From NCBI RefSeq assembly GCF_006345805.1, contig NC_042999.1, forward strand, positions 125,054,001-125,118,000: a stretch of DNA of 64,000 nt, written 5' to 3'. The stretch is from Octopus sinensis (taxonomy: Eukaryota). A model generated the notes under the pieces. The model had not been told where the DNA came from. It did not search any database and worked only from the letters and a program-made list of their open reading frames with translations. Position numbers and translations under genes: made by a program. Within the stretch, counting starts at the first letter, position 1. Each line of letters starts with the position of its first letter. Positions 48,263 through 61,713 of this stretch are shown here, in pieces.

Positions 48263-50057
48263 GCATTGTATAATAACTGATTATGTGTACCACTATTTTA
48301 TTGTGTTATGTCATTATACAGAGAAAGACAAGAATCAAATTTTAACAAATGAGTTATTTGACGTATTATATTAAGTTAAATGAAAAACTGATATTCATTT
48401 GTTGCTAAAATTCGTACAGTAAATTAAAGTTATGCTGCTTCACCTTTCTTGAAAGGTACCAAGTTATCAACCGTCATTAGAATGATTTTCTCCTCGTTGT
48501 TACTTAACTCTAAACACTATTCCACATGGAGAATCTCCCGTTATTGTTGTAAATTTCAAATTATATATTAAGCAAAAAAATTTATATTAATTTTTATTTT
48601 ACTCAGTATAGCATTTAACAAAAATTTGTCACTTAATCTAGATGCTGGAGTTCGCGAATGTCTATGCCATCGATTTTGTGATGTAACTATAGTTGACACT
48701 AAGGGATCTGGATGTAATGGCCTGAGTTCATCTAGATCGAAACTAATGTCAACATCGATGGCTCAATTTAGCTGTTACCAACTGATTTGAATCAAACAGA
48801 AAATGTAAACTGACAAAGAACTTACCACTTCGATATTTAGCTTCTTTTAACTAATCCCAAAGGCCCTGCATTTTTGGTAGGATGACGATTAAAAAAGAAG
48901 TGTGATATTTTTATCATAAACGACGTGAGCGAAGCAAAACGATTTTACCTTTACTTCCTGGTACACTTGTATATTGATAGAGCTGACCTCTAGAATGTTC
49001 TAGAGTTATAATGTAGTTAAATTTATCTCTTGACATGGGTAAGAAACTGTGAAATGCTTTATAATTAAAGTGATGATGACGACTGCAAAAATACTTATGT
49101 ACTACTCGTTTTAATTGATGAAAGGGGGGCTTTTGTCAGCAGTATTAGCACTTACGTTGAGAATTCCAATTAAAGCGGCTCTACACCGACTTAGTAATTA
49201 TGCTCAGATGTGTCTGTGTGTGTATACGTGTATAATGATTAGATACTTTAGCCCATGCGGTGGTTAATTACATCTTTTGTAGTCTTAAAGCAAATATGTT
49301 GCTTTAAAAACACTTAAATATTAAGGCTTCTATGACGAAAATAAGATGCTTAAGTATTAATCTACTTTGTACTAGTATAGCTATATTTTTAGGAAAATTT
49401 AGTTTCATTTACCGGATTATAGAGGATTAGGTGAGCAAAAAATGACTAGTTACCTCAAAATTCGAAACGATACGTTCGATAACATAACTGACCTTATTTA
49501 AGATTCGCAAAGATTATTACTATCAACCTCTCATCTTCCTTTTTTTTCTTCTTTTTACTAAGCGTGTTCACACTTAATACTAATATTTATATTCCTTTAG
49601 GCTTGTTTCTAAGTTTCCAGTTTAAAACAAGAAAATTAAAAAAGTGGGATGTCTTTTTCCACATCCATTCAGAGAGTGTAAAAAAATGGAAAGTATGGCA
49701 TTTATGTGTTTCTTTTGGGAAACAACGTCGTGATTTGGCTTACCGTAACCTGAGCGAATTTTGTGATGTCGCCTTATGTAAATACATATTATTAATTTTT
49801 GTTTTGTTATTTAGAAATCGATGATAGCAGAGAGCGAAGATCTCAATTTAAATTCCTCATTACTTGTACTTACTTATTTTATTGATCCTGGAGAAATAGA
49901 AAGCAAAGTCCACCTCGGTAAGATCTAAGCTAGGAATCGAGAACAAAACTAGCTAATATTATTTAGTTATATATTGTGTTCTGTTTTTACTTTCATACAG
50001 TATTACATCTTTTTCTCTTCCTATTTAACTCTTTCATTCTTGTAATTGGTCAGAACA

Positions 50058-50790
50058 CAGTAATACCTCGCAGGACGAGTTTATTTCGTTCCATGACCGA
50101 GCTAAGGGGCCACACACTCTGGCTACACTAGTGCACGTGATCTGCAGCTTCTCTTAATGGATTCTGTGCGACTTGAAAGCTCGTGCGTTTTCGGAATGGT
50201 AGACAAAGAGCGGCTTAATAATCAAGTCTCCATTCGCATTGGCACAAAGAGCGAGAGTTACCTATCTTTCATAGGCTTGTGGTCTGACAATTTCTTCTCC
50301 TCTGCAGTTATATAGGTTCTTCTGCGGATTTTTTTTTTTTTTTCAAAAAAGGCCAGTTTCATCACAGTTGAATACCTGTTGTGCGAAGTACCCCTCGGCT
50401 GCGATGAGCTGACGGAATTCACGCACGAAATCTTCAGCTACTTCCGTGTCAGAACTCGCTGCTTCTCCATACCTGACGACGCTATGAACACCAGTCTTCT
50501 TGAAATTATCAAACCAGCCGTGACTGGCCTTAAATGCGTCTGTTGATATCGATGTTCCAGGGTTCTGCTTCAGGAGACCCCCATACAGCGCTCGGGCTTT
50601 CTCGCAGATGATGGTCTCCGTAATCGTATCCCCTGCGAGTTGATCCACGGGAAAAAGCAAATTTTCCATCCTTTCGTAGACAGATGTTTAGAGAGCCTGG
50701 AGACACCCTGTGCTATTGTAACAGCCTCGATCTCATCCTTTTTCTCCAGGATAGCGTAGATCCGTGATTCCCAACGTGGGGCGCATGGTA
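50058..50790 (-). mobile_element. pogo/Tigger-family transposase relic
   Basis: ICEKARALY...FKASHGWFDNFKK.GVHSVVR.GEAASSD...QQVFNCDETGLF (CENP-B HTH to DDE_1), continuing out of frame as T.ITAEEKK...HKPMKDR; cagtaatacctcg at 50058 resembles a Tigger TIR. Confidence 0.88.
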
Positions 50791-51270
50791 ATATTTTGGT
50801 GAGTCATGCGTAGGATTATGTTGAATTTATACCTTTTGCACACAATGTTTAGTATACCAATAAGAGAAAGGGGGCAATTCGAGAATGAGTTATTAAAAAA
50901 AAATTCTTTGCATTCCTTCTGTGGACAGTTTTATCAAATTTTTGACACTTTAGTGGACAACAGGTCGTTTTCATCATACTCATAAGATCTGATGTCAGTA
51001 AAGAGAGAATAAGATTATTTCCTTCGATTTAGTGGTATGTGAAAACATGTAGGTAATTACAAACGCGCGCCTAACCTTAAAACCAGTACAAACGCACGAA
51101 CAATGTCATAAATAACTGACAAACGAAAAATACACCGCCGATAGTTGTTGTTACGGCAGTAATTTTATTCAGCTGAATACACGTCATTGATTGGTTGAAA
51201 TTACCGAAATACGAGAACTATAACATGAAATAACTTCGTAAATATAAGTTTTTCTCAAAAATGCTATGAG

Positions 51271-51465
51271 TAAAAGATCCGATGTTTTATATGACACATT
51301 CTACCAGTGTCCGAAGTTTGAAAGTGTTTAGTTACAAGAAATTATTTTTTAAATCTGTAGGTAAAGAGGTAAAGATCCGATGTTTTATATGACACATTCT
51401 ACCAGTATACGAAGTTTGAAAGTGTTTAGTTACAAAAAATTATTTTCTAAATCTGTAAAGATCCG
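51271..51465. repeat. ~90-100-bp tandem duplication, 2 copies plus a stub
   Basis: taaagatccgatgttttatatgacacattctaccagt...gaagtttgaaagtgtttagttacaa repeats at about 51272 and 51370. Confidence 0.85.
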
Positions 51466-52250
51466 CCTTTTATCCTTTCCGGGTCAATGTTGACTAGCCT
51501 CTTCCCAGCAAATTTCAAGCCTTAAACCTATAACAGAAAGGAATATTTCGAATTTTTACGACTGTAACTACAGGAATGAGACTCATTTTTAAATTGAGTT
51601 ATAAAAACTCTTTTATGGTACCCAATGACACACGATAGAAAAAAATCTTTAGAAATTTTGAGATGAGAAAATGATTGTGTAAAAAAAAATTGCTTTGAAA
51701 TATTTGCAGATCTAAAACTGAGAGGGAAAAAATGCTATTCTTAAGATGATATAGGTTTTGCAGCATCTATTCTGTATATTTTATGAATTTATTTGGAAAA
51801 AATTCGTTACATCTCTGAGCAATCGATATCACCTTTCACTCTTTCACTCACTCGCCAAACCTCTAACTTGTAATAAAAATGTGTCATCATTACCATTAAT
51901 AAGCTCTCTCTCTCTCTCTCTCTCTACGCTAGAATAAACTTTTAGTTCAAACGATCTATATAAAACTGATATACTACAAAGTTTCGCTTGGTTCATGTCT
52001 AACGAATTCAAAAGTACCCCAAGTTCTGCGTTTATACATATACAAAGCTAACAACTGAGTGAAAATTACATTTTTTAAAACTGGCAGTGTTTAAATAAAC
52101 CATACCGACCTTCAAGAAAAATTCAATATCTTACAGACATAACTCTCAAATTCTTCATTTTTTAATATTATTCTTTCTCATTATATGTATTTATTAGAGA
52201 CACTTTCGAGAGAAATACTAAACTTCCTCTTGAATGAACAGACACTAACC

Positions 52251-52474
52251 TATTTCTCAATTACCCACAAGGGGCTAAACACAGAGGAGAGAAACAAGGA
52301 CAGACAAACGGATTAAGTTGATTATATCGATCCCAGTGCGTAACTGGTACTTATTTAATCGACCCCGAAAGGATGAAAGGCAAAGTCGACCTTGGTGGAA
52401 TTTGAACTCAGAACGCAGCGGCAGACGAAATACCGCTAGGCATTTCGCCCGGCGTGCTAACGACTCTGCCAGCT
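52251..52474 (-). mobile_element. SINE family A, young-looking full-length copy
   Basis: Reverse strand agctggcagagtcgttagcacgccgggcgaaatgc...gcctttcatcctttcggggtcgattaaataagtaccag...gagaaata with CpGs retained. Confidence 0.9.
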
Positions 52475-52623
52475 TTATATCCGGTAACCATTAATATTGA
52501 AGAAACACGAACCTGCATTGTAGAGATTCACATGCTCCAATCAGAATGCGCTCGGCTCTGTCATATTCACTAACAATGGTTACCTTCTTGAATGAACAGA
52601 CACTAACCATTGAAAAGTGGGAA

Positions 52624-53081
52624 AGACTTCCTACTCCCCCGCCCCCATTTTCTCGCAAATTATTAAAAAATTTATTTATTGTTTTGCCAAAAACACACGT
52701 TTTCGGATACGGAGATTCCGGAAAATTGCAAAAAAATGGAACTTTGAAATTTTTTGCCCCCACCCATCATTCCTTCCTCTCCCCCATTCTTCATTTTTCA
52801 CTTTTTTCCGTAAACCTAACCCTAAAACCCCAACCGTAACCCTAAGTCGAAAAATTTTTTGAAATTTTTTTCAGAATCATAATCTCTGTATTTTTCCGCA
52901 TATTTTGAAAGAAAAAAAAAATGTGAAAAAAGTTGAAAATGAAGAATTGGTGGGGTGGGCTAATTTTAAAATGCCGATTTTTGCTAATTTTTTTGGCAGA
53001 TTCGTATTGTGTAGGAAAAAAAAATTAAATAGAAAAAAATTTTTTTTTTTTGGGGGGGGGGGGGGTTACAAAAGGAAGTCT
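52624..53081. mobile_element. Imperfect foldback element with central telomere-like (TAACCC) motifs
   Basis: Ends AGACTTCC...GGAAGTCT; arms loosely complementary over ~180 bp; centre aaacctaaccctaaaaccccaaccgtaaccctaag. Confidence 0.6.
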
Positions 53082-53799
53082 CTGAATGTATAAGGTCTAA
53101 GAAAAAGTTTGCTGTTATTTTAATGCTGATTGGATGTAGCGAAAAAAGCAGTTCTTTCCCAGTGAGTACGATGTAAATTTTATTTGGGTGTTGTAATAAT
53201 TAAACGTATATTCAGGATTTTATCTCATTGCTTATGCGAACGACTATGTTCATTCTATTCTTTTATTTCAATCACTGGAAAGTCATAATGCTTAGATACC
53301 CCAAGACTTTTCATCTATTATATCGACTCTGTAATTTATTTTAGAGAAGGGGTGGGGCAGAACGAGTTATTTTCTTGTTACCTGTTTGAAACCAATACAT
53401 TGCAAGTATTGTATCATCATTTTGTGCTGTTGCATCACCTTCGGGAGTAAAAATTAATCAGCATTGTTGTTGAAGTTGAGAGAGTTTGAAACATAGTCAG
53501 TTGATAGGTACTTTATTCTAGAAATTTTTCCTCAACTTTGATCCGATTGTAGTTGAGGCTGCCAATAAAATATCTAGATAATTTCTGGTGTTTAACAATC
53601 AATATTCTTTTCTCTGCTGGATTCCAAGTCAATTTTTTCCCGAACTAATGTCTACTTAGATCATTTTCAATTTTCAAAAGATGATGTCTAAAATGGAACA
53701 AATGAGGAATGACTATTTTCAATAATTTCTGTTCATTAACTGCATGTTGTGTAAATATAAGAAAAGAGTCATTGCTGCAGATCGTGAAGAAGTACAGAG

Positions 53800-53980
53800 C
53801 AGTGCTCCGCAACAGGTATGTCGCGGCACACTGGTGTACCATGAGACGATGCTAGGTGTGCCGCAGTGTAACCTGAATATAATTTTTCTCCCTATGCCTT
53901 TAGTTATATTTTTAATTCAGGTGTGCTGCCGAATTTTAAAAAGAAGTGTACCGCAAGTGAAAAAGGGTTGCGGAGCATTG
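53800..53980. mobile_element. hAT MITE, 181 bp
   Basis: TIRs cagtgctccgcaac / gttgcggagcattg; 8-bp flanks gtacagag / ctatagag (6 of 8 match, decayed TSD). Confidence 0.85.
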
Positions 53981-54892
53981 CTATAGAGTATGTTTTAGTC
54001 GAGTTTTGTTAATTTCATATGGGCCATTTTTCCATGATCCTTTTCAATTTGACCTTGATAGTTTAAGTTTTTGTTACGTTTCTGATCATTCAGATGTCCA
54101 AGGATGGGCATTGAGGTATATGTAATTCTGGAAAACTGAACAGGCAAATTTACCTTATTTTGTCTTCTTCATTTTACTGCAGCTAAATTTTTGTTTTATA
54201 TGCTCAAAGAAATAATCTGAAATAGTGTTCAGATTGTTATAGTGTTTTTAATGCATGTAGAGACGGTCATTTGCTCAGCTGATATAGTTTTGTAAAGTAG
54301 TGAACACTTAAAAAAATATATCTTCCCTCAAAGCCGAAAGTGCAGTAAATATTCTTCATTGAGGCACATATACCTTCTATCAACTTTGTAAGGTGTGACG
54401 GGAAAGTCGATCTGGGCATAAAGGGGTATAATCAAATACTATATATATATATATATATATATAGATAAGTTGACTTGATGTTCTCTCTCACCTGTCTTCT
54501 TTTCTTTATCTCTGCCGTCTCAGCCAACTCAAACCACCTCCGCTTCAATTCACCTGGTACACCCTAAGACCAGACTTGTTTAGTTTTTGTTCCATCCCAG
54601 CCCCCGTCATATCTGCTGTCTCAGCTCACTCAAAACCCACACTAAATATGTTGTTCACTATCTTTCAATATATCCAAAACTGCGACCACCCGGAACTTTC
54701 TTTCTGCCCATAGAAGGTCAAAATGCACTGTAACTGCGCCGACTTCCTAGTTTAGGTGTTAGCAAAGATCATGGGTACCAAGGAGTGTTACCAAAGATCA
54801 TGGGTACCACTTTTCCTTCTCTAAATGCCAATAATATTTCTTAACATAGGTACAAAAATCACAAACTTTAGCAAATGTAGTCAATATATTGG

Positions 54893-55102
54893 TATCAAAT
54901 TTTGGCACAAAGCCAGCAATTTCAGGGGAGGGGTAAGTCAATTATATCGATTCCCAGCACTCAATTGGTACTTATTTTATCGGCCCCAGAAAGGATATAA
55001 GGCAAAATTAACCTCAGTTGATTTTAAACTCAAAACGCTAAGACAGACGAAATGTTGCAAAACATTTTGTCCGGCATGATAACGATTCTGCTAGCTCGCC
55101 GC
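54893..55102 (-). mobile_element. SINE family A copy
   Basis: ggtacttattttatcggcccc...aaactcaaaacg...ataacgattctgctagctcgccgcc. Confidence 0.75.
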
Positions 55103-55416
55103 CTTGACGTTGTCGGTATATTGACACCAGAACTTGATTAGGAATTTAATTTCACCAAATATTTGCTCACATTTCTCTAAATGCATATATGAATGTTTGA
55201 GCCTTGTACTGAAAGAAAATGAGACACTAAACAATTATACCCACCACCCTCACTGCGTACACCGATGGGCTGAACTGCCCCACAGTACTTTTTATTTTTA
55301 TTTATTTATTTATTTTTTGACGGGCTGGGTTGTCTTGGTTATGGATACAACAGTGTGGATATTATTATACAAGCCCTAAATCTTTTGGTGTGCAGTCTGC
55401 TGCCCTATCTACCCAC

Positions 55417-55574
55417 TAGCGTAGTTAGAGTGTGTGCTGCCCGGAGCGGCCCCTCCGTTCGCCGCCCCCTGTCCCCACAAAAAACATTGCCTACAGCAGA
55501 CCCAAAAGTGCAACCCCTTTAAAAGTGCCGAGCAGGACAGGCTGCCCCTACCGACCCCCACTCTAGCTGTGCTA
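55417..55574. mobile_element. Small GC-rich MITE
   Basis: Terminal tagcgtagttagagtg / cactctagctgtgcta inverted pair. Confidence 0.55.
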
Positions 55575-57132
55575 CAATTCTTGGTTCTCTCTACGTGAAA
55601 GCTCTTGGGCTGGTGGGTGTTCTACTCATGATCAGGAAGTTGTGGTTTTAATTCCTGGACCGGGCGATGTGTTGTGTCCTTGAGCAAGACACTCCATTTT
55701 ATGTTGCTCCAGTCTACTCAGCTGTAATGAATATCTGTCAAAGTGCTAGTACATTTTCTTCCACCAGCTGTCACATTTAATCCGCCAGATTAAAGGTGAG
55801 GGGCCGAATGGGCGTCTTTGCTCGTGGTTACATAGGCACCTAAAACAAATGATGAAAGCGTAGGACATGTAATCGATTCATACTCACGAGTAGTGATTGA
55901 CTGTACTTTTTCTGTTCTCTCTATACAAATATTGATCTCTGATATAGATATGATCTCAAATCCAGAGGGTACTACATTCGATAAAAATCAGTTCCAGTTC
56001 CTGACCGGTATCTATTTTATCGACTCCAGTAAGTTAACGAGCAAACTCGTTCGTTGTAGGATTTGAACTTAGAACGACAGTAAAATGGCAAAGCATTTTG
56101 CCCATCATTCTAACTATCTCGCCAATCCATCATATCCTATTTTATACAAATATTATATTAGACCTGTCCTTGAAATACTAAGTACAACATTTGACGCCTG
56201 AACTTCTATATTGTAATATGGGCGGTGTCGTTGATAAATACTAATTAATATACTTGGTGGCATTTTATTTTGTTCTCACAGCAGTTGGTTTGATCAGTCA
56301 TTTATATGGGCTCCATAATATATATTTAGTATTATTTTACTCTTGGTTACAGACAATTGTATTATTTATATTTAGAAAATGTAAATATATCAAAATTGCG
56401 CGCGAAAGATTGTGTGTGAGAGAGGGAGGGAGGGAGAGAGAGAATTCGAGCGGTGTTGTAATTCACCATTTCATATTTAGCAGACGGTAGAAGTTGAGGC
56501 AATGCTAACTTAGTAGTTTCTCATGCATGAATGTATCTATATAGACGAATCGAGTCAAGTAACTGTAAATACACCGAATTTAATACTTATTTATCAATTT
56601 ATTTATAACTATTGCTTAATCGCATGATCAGTAACCAAAATATATTATGCCGGCTAGTAGAAACAACTAATAAAAAGTTGGATATGTAATTATTATTATT
56701 CTGTCGGAGAAAGTCACTCTGTGGCTATTAATTGACTCGGTGATGTATGAGCCATTAAAATATACTTTGAAAAGTTATATAATTTAAACGGTGTAATCGA
56801 AAGATTGCTGATGAATCTAAAAGATAATTGGGAGACAGTAAGATAAATCTTATATAGTTTTTCAAGCTCGTCAGAAATTACTAAAAATAAAAATACGAAA
56901 AACGAAAGATATAATCTAATAGTAAACCATATTGCTCAAAAGCTGTAGATACGAATGTTGATAATATGATAACTGATAAATATATTGATTTTAAAGAAAA
57001 GACTGCTTTAAATTTCTAACGATGTAAATATAGACAATATAGTTCATTTTAGAATTATTTGATAAAACTTTTGCCGATCCAGTTCCTATTTTTGTAAGCT
57101 GATACTAAAACCTCGTTGTGAAGGGCTTGTTG

Positions 57133-57169
57133 TGACGTCATAAATGTATGAGATCGTAGATGGCGGGAA
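57133..57169 (+). promoter_or_regulatory. Putative proximal promoter or 5' regulatory cluster (CRE, YY1-like, E2F)
   Basis: TGACGTCA 57133-57140, AGATGGCG 57158-57165, GGCGGGAA 57162-57169, all within 70 nt of the ATG; a second E2F-like site GCGCGAAA at 56400-56407. Confidence 0.5.
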
Positions 57170-57201
57170 GTTGGACAGAAGTATAACCATTATCGTTCAA
57201 C

Positions 57202-57533
57202 ATGACATCACCTGGACGTCCAAATCGAAAGGGGAAAAAGAAAAAGAGTCAAGATGATACATTTCAATATTCTGATATGTGTTTATTTTGTGAAACAACA
57301 GATGACAACGAAGAAATTTTCGGGCGTAAAGTACAAAAATGTAGAATGACAGTCCATTATTTCTGTATGCTTTTTTCAAGTGGGCTTTCACAGAAAGGTA
57401 AAACAGAAGAAGACGGGATCTTCGGGTTTCTCCCGGGAGATATCTGGAAAGAAAAATCCAGAGGTTCACGTCTTAAATGTACGTTCTGCCGCCGAAATGG
57501 AGCTACGATAGGTTGTGTTGTGAAAAACTGTCG
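57202..57533 (+). CDS. G2E3: G2E3/PHF7-family extended-PHD protein, first coding exon
   Basis: CLFC...FGRK...VHYFCMLFSSGLSQKG...GIFGFL..DIWKE..RGSRLKCTFCRRNGATIGC matches the G2E3/PHF7/pineapple-eye N-terminal ePHD; gtaagt donor at 57534; basic NLS-like RKGKKKK. G2E3 versus PHF7 naming is uncertain. Confidence 0.88.
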
Positions 57534-59219
57534 GTAAGTCTTTCCATATATTTTAATAATATTTGACAACTATTTATTTTGGATCCTCCCCTTGTTGATT
57601 CTGAATTTTAGTTTTCTTTGAGAAGTTCCTTGCTTTGTAACTAGAATATCCTTGAACTTCATCCGTGTGGAGCGAGTGAAGGAATCTGCTTACGCAGGTG
57701 TTCGCATCATCTGTGTTATGCAGGTCATTTTAGGTCAAATTATTTCTCCCCAACTTTTAATTTACCCTAGCCTACACTTAATCCTTTAACTGCTAAACTA
57801 TTAGGCTTAGACAATTTTATAGTTGTATTTTTATACAGCTCTATGAATATTTATAAAATAGTTATCATGATTTATTTGTTCTTGTTGGTTTTGTTTTAAA
57901 GAGATTCAACTTCATGTTGAACGTTCTTTTGTATATAAAACTTAATATTTTAATAGCAGAAGAAATTAAACTTTGCTGTACTCATAATGCCTAGAACTCC
58001 ATCTCATTTCACGATAGATCGTCTGCGATATCTGCAGGATTGTCCTGTTTAACTACATATTGGAACACAGCTAGACTACACGAATTCCATATTTCTAAGC
58101 TGTCCCACCAATACTTTAATATTTCAACCTTGTTTTTTTTTTTTTAGTAGTTGATTGATTCCATAATAGTATATTACTGGTACTAAGTCTCGATTATTAA
58201 GGATTAAAATACAAGGTCAAACAAACCGGCATGAACTTAGAAATAAAAAAAAATAATAAATCATGTCGGTGTTGACTTCATCTTTCGTTAGTCCATGGTC
58301 TATATAAATAATACCTGTAATACATGGATTTCTACCGTGTCTTGCTAATTGTCAAATCGGGCCTCAACACAAGATCTCTCCATAATCGCTCGATCTGCTA
58401 AAAATAACAACCAAATTTCCCTTCAAACCACACCCTTCTGTTTCAAAAAAAAAAAAAAAAGAAAAAGAAAGAAAGAAATGCAGGATGCATAGAAGAGTTA
58501 TAGTCCTCGATCCATTGTTTTAAATTAAGATGGGATAGTCATGTCTGGGACACTTCAAAAATAGGTTTGGAGTATACGTGAGTCTTAACAACAAGAAGCC
58601 TTTGGTATACGTTGCATTCACTACGAGCACTCCACTTGTTCATCACAGTTTAAAATATAATTAATTTTAATTAAAGAATGGTTCTTACTTGTTGCATTAT
58701 TGCATTAATATAACAGAAAATTGATCTCTGTAATTGCTCGATTTTTAATTTCAAAATGAAATGCATTATTTAAAAAAAATTACTTTGTTTCTTTATCTGT
58801 CCGCTTTAAAAGATACATAAATATCCATATTCAAACAAGTTCATGGGAGACAGCTTTTTATTTTTAATTTGTTTTATTTGTTTATTTTTGAATAATTATG
58901 TTGTTCCAGTTCCGCAAATCTCTTGCTGCAGTTTATATACACACACCACACCAAACCGTCACACTCCATGTGGTCCTTAATTTAGATATATATAAAACAA
59001 TTGGGAATAACGGATTTTCATGTACCGTATGAGTGCGTGCGCGCGTGTAATTTCAGATATTATTTAAAAATATATATTGCCACTTTTTATTTACTCCTAT
59101 TGAGCATTAAAGATTATAAAATATTATTAGAAGCGTGCAAAATAACCAAATACATTTATTTAGATTGTGCATTAGAAAACCGATTTAAAATTATCCTCCG
59201 TGAATGAGATTGGATTATC

Positions 59220-59269
59220 ATTGCTCCTTCTCTCTCTCTTTCTCTGTGTGTGTATGTATGTGTGTATGC

Positions 59270-59325
<56 letters not shown>
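59220..59325. repeat. Compound (CT)/(GT)/(TA)n microsatellite
   Basis: Direct reading. Confidence 0.95.
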
Positions 59326-61436
59326 CAGTGCTATACAGCTATATGTTACAGGCATTTTAAATATACCGCGTGAAGCTAAGACGAAGAGCGTTCAATTACC
59401 TTTTGGTTTACCCCGAAGATTTAAATTTCCTTCAAAATCTTTCGGAAAGTGTCACTAGAAAACGTTGTCCATCTCAATCTCATGACACTGCTCTTCGTTT
59501 TTCTGACCTAACGTCCCTAAATTTTTTTTCTGGTGAATAAATATTTCATTGTCTTACTCAGTTTAAAAACAAATGGTTGTTTTGTTATGCCAGTGAATTG
59601 AATATTGATTGTTGGTCGTCAAAATAATGCTTGTAGTCGTTGGACCCCAGGTCAACACTGATGGAGCAGATTTATGATCAAAAGCATTCCAGGCATGACT
59701 TCCCTGGGTTTTTTTTCTCTCGTATTGTTCATGGAACTTGGGACCGCATTATCCAGCGTGTCCTTTTTTAAGATGGCCGGGTGTAATTTGAGGGAGATTT
59801 AGCTGCTACTTCTAACGGCTCAAGCGATCACTTAGTTGCTCTCCTTTTGGTTCGTCAGAATAATGGATATTGACCGTTGTTGATGTTATTTACCGTTATG
59901 ACCACAGTAGCGCTTAATGGTACAGGATTCCTTATCAAATGAATGAATCCCCGTATGTTTTGCCCACAGGAATATTTTTTAGTGTAGATGGAAATGAGAA
60001 AAAAATTCTCATATTTGAAAAAACTGATTAATATCGGTTTTACTCTTATAATAGTAAATTTAGCCCTATAATTATTGTCTAAATTAAGCCTTAAGTTGTC
60101 AAACAAATGTGAAAAAGACAAGCCGAGAACCCTGCTCCAAAAGTTTCCAGTTGTAAAACTCTAATTTAGAGATTCTTCTTTTGTAATATTTATTCGTTGT
60201 TGTAAAGGTTAAAAAATTGAATGCTTTATTCATAATTTTATATGAATTGGTTGAAATCTGAAACCAAAGAACAGTGATTCACTTGTCATGTTTTTCAAGA
60301 TTAGGAAAGTGTTATGTACATGTTTATCGATGTTCAGAAAACTTTTTTCTTATTTGATAATTTTAGAATTACATTCTTGTCTGGAACCCTATGTTATTTA
60401 AGCCTAATTGTATGTTCATTGACGAAATTTTTTAAAACTAATTTTTAGCAACTTACTCTCACTTTTGTACTCTTTTATTATTACGGCTACGAGACTGATG
60501 GAATCTACGCGGTCGATCAACCTGCTGGAAATATCGACCAAATCTCCTTGAAGTTACACCCTGTCTTATAAAAAAAAAGACATTATAAAAGATAAAGCAG
60601 TCTGGGATACACTCTCCCAGCAAGAAGGCGAGATGGTCTTCATTGGAACGTTTATAATTATGGATCTGCTCAGTCAAGGCCGACCCGGGACAAAATGTGT
60701 TGTAGACAGTTTTCACTGGATCGTATACTACCAGCTTGTTAATCTATTTCCGACCGTCTCGTATTTCCTTCCCATGTTACAATCTGTTTACATCACAGCA
60801 CACGTTACTTTATAATATATATTCTTTACTTTGTGAAATCAATAGTTCGGCTTTTCGGTTTTTTTTTTTTTTTCGTGTATCATTTGACTAATTTGATATT
60901 TTTTTCTCCCACTCATTCTCTCTTCCTTAACGATAACTGAAATTTCATTAATTTTATTTTAAGACTGCAGTTTTATAGTTGCAGACAAATGTTGTGTATT
61001 GTAGAAATGCTTTAGATATTTGGCTTTAATATAATATCAGACAAAGCATATGTATTTAGGATGCTTTGACATAAGTATAATACGAATGTATATAAAAAGA
61101 AATATTCTTTTTGAATATGTTACTTCATAATAAGTATGAGAGTCACTGTGTAAGGATGTAGTTTGTTTTTTATCATGATATATTACTGGTACAATGAAGG
61201 CGAGTGACCTAGTAGTTAAGGTGGTACACTCACAATCGCAAGATCGAGCTTTGGATTCCCGGACCGGCCGGTGTGTTATGTTTTTCACGTTTCTCCTGTC
61301 CACTCAGTTGTACATGAGTAACCCTGCAACCGACCAGTTTCTCGTTCAGTGGAAATGTTGTAACCTCGATCACATACGCTATGGAAACCTGTCTTGTCCT
61401 AGAACTCGAGACAGTGCTTGCTTCATATATATATAT

Positions 61437-61585
61437 TAAGGCTACCATTGGTTTCATGTTGAGAAAGCCCTTAACAGTTATCAAGCCTGTCACATGGAAC
61501 ATCGGTGTTCATATTCGGAAATATACACTGATGTCCCTGTGACAGGTTTGATAACTGTTAAGGGTTTCCTTTACATGAAGCCTTA
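61437..61585. mobile_element. Palindromic MITE / long hairpin in G2E3 intron 1
   Basis: cccttaacagttatcaagcctgtcaca...acatcggtgt pairs with acactgatgt...tgtgacaggtttgataactgttaaggg; termini taaggct/agcctta. Confidence 0.85.
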
Positions 61586-61668
61586 ATCTACAAATAAATC
61601 TGTACCCACCAATGCGGTGTTGAGTACTCATTCTCATTGTTTGATATCTACACACACACACACGTGTA

Positions 61669-61713
<45 letters not shown>

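Noticed and set aside
54757-54809. 29-bp tandem duplication (gtgtta.caaagatcatgggtacca)
   Set aside because: Simple local slippage duplication with no further structure.
55875-55920. Minus-strand donor (ctc|gtgagt) as IMPA1 non-coding exon 1 in a bidirectional promoter with G2E3
   Set aside because: One of several equally plausible donors (46712, 47398, 48826); cannot be chosen from sequence alone.
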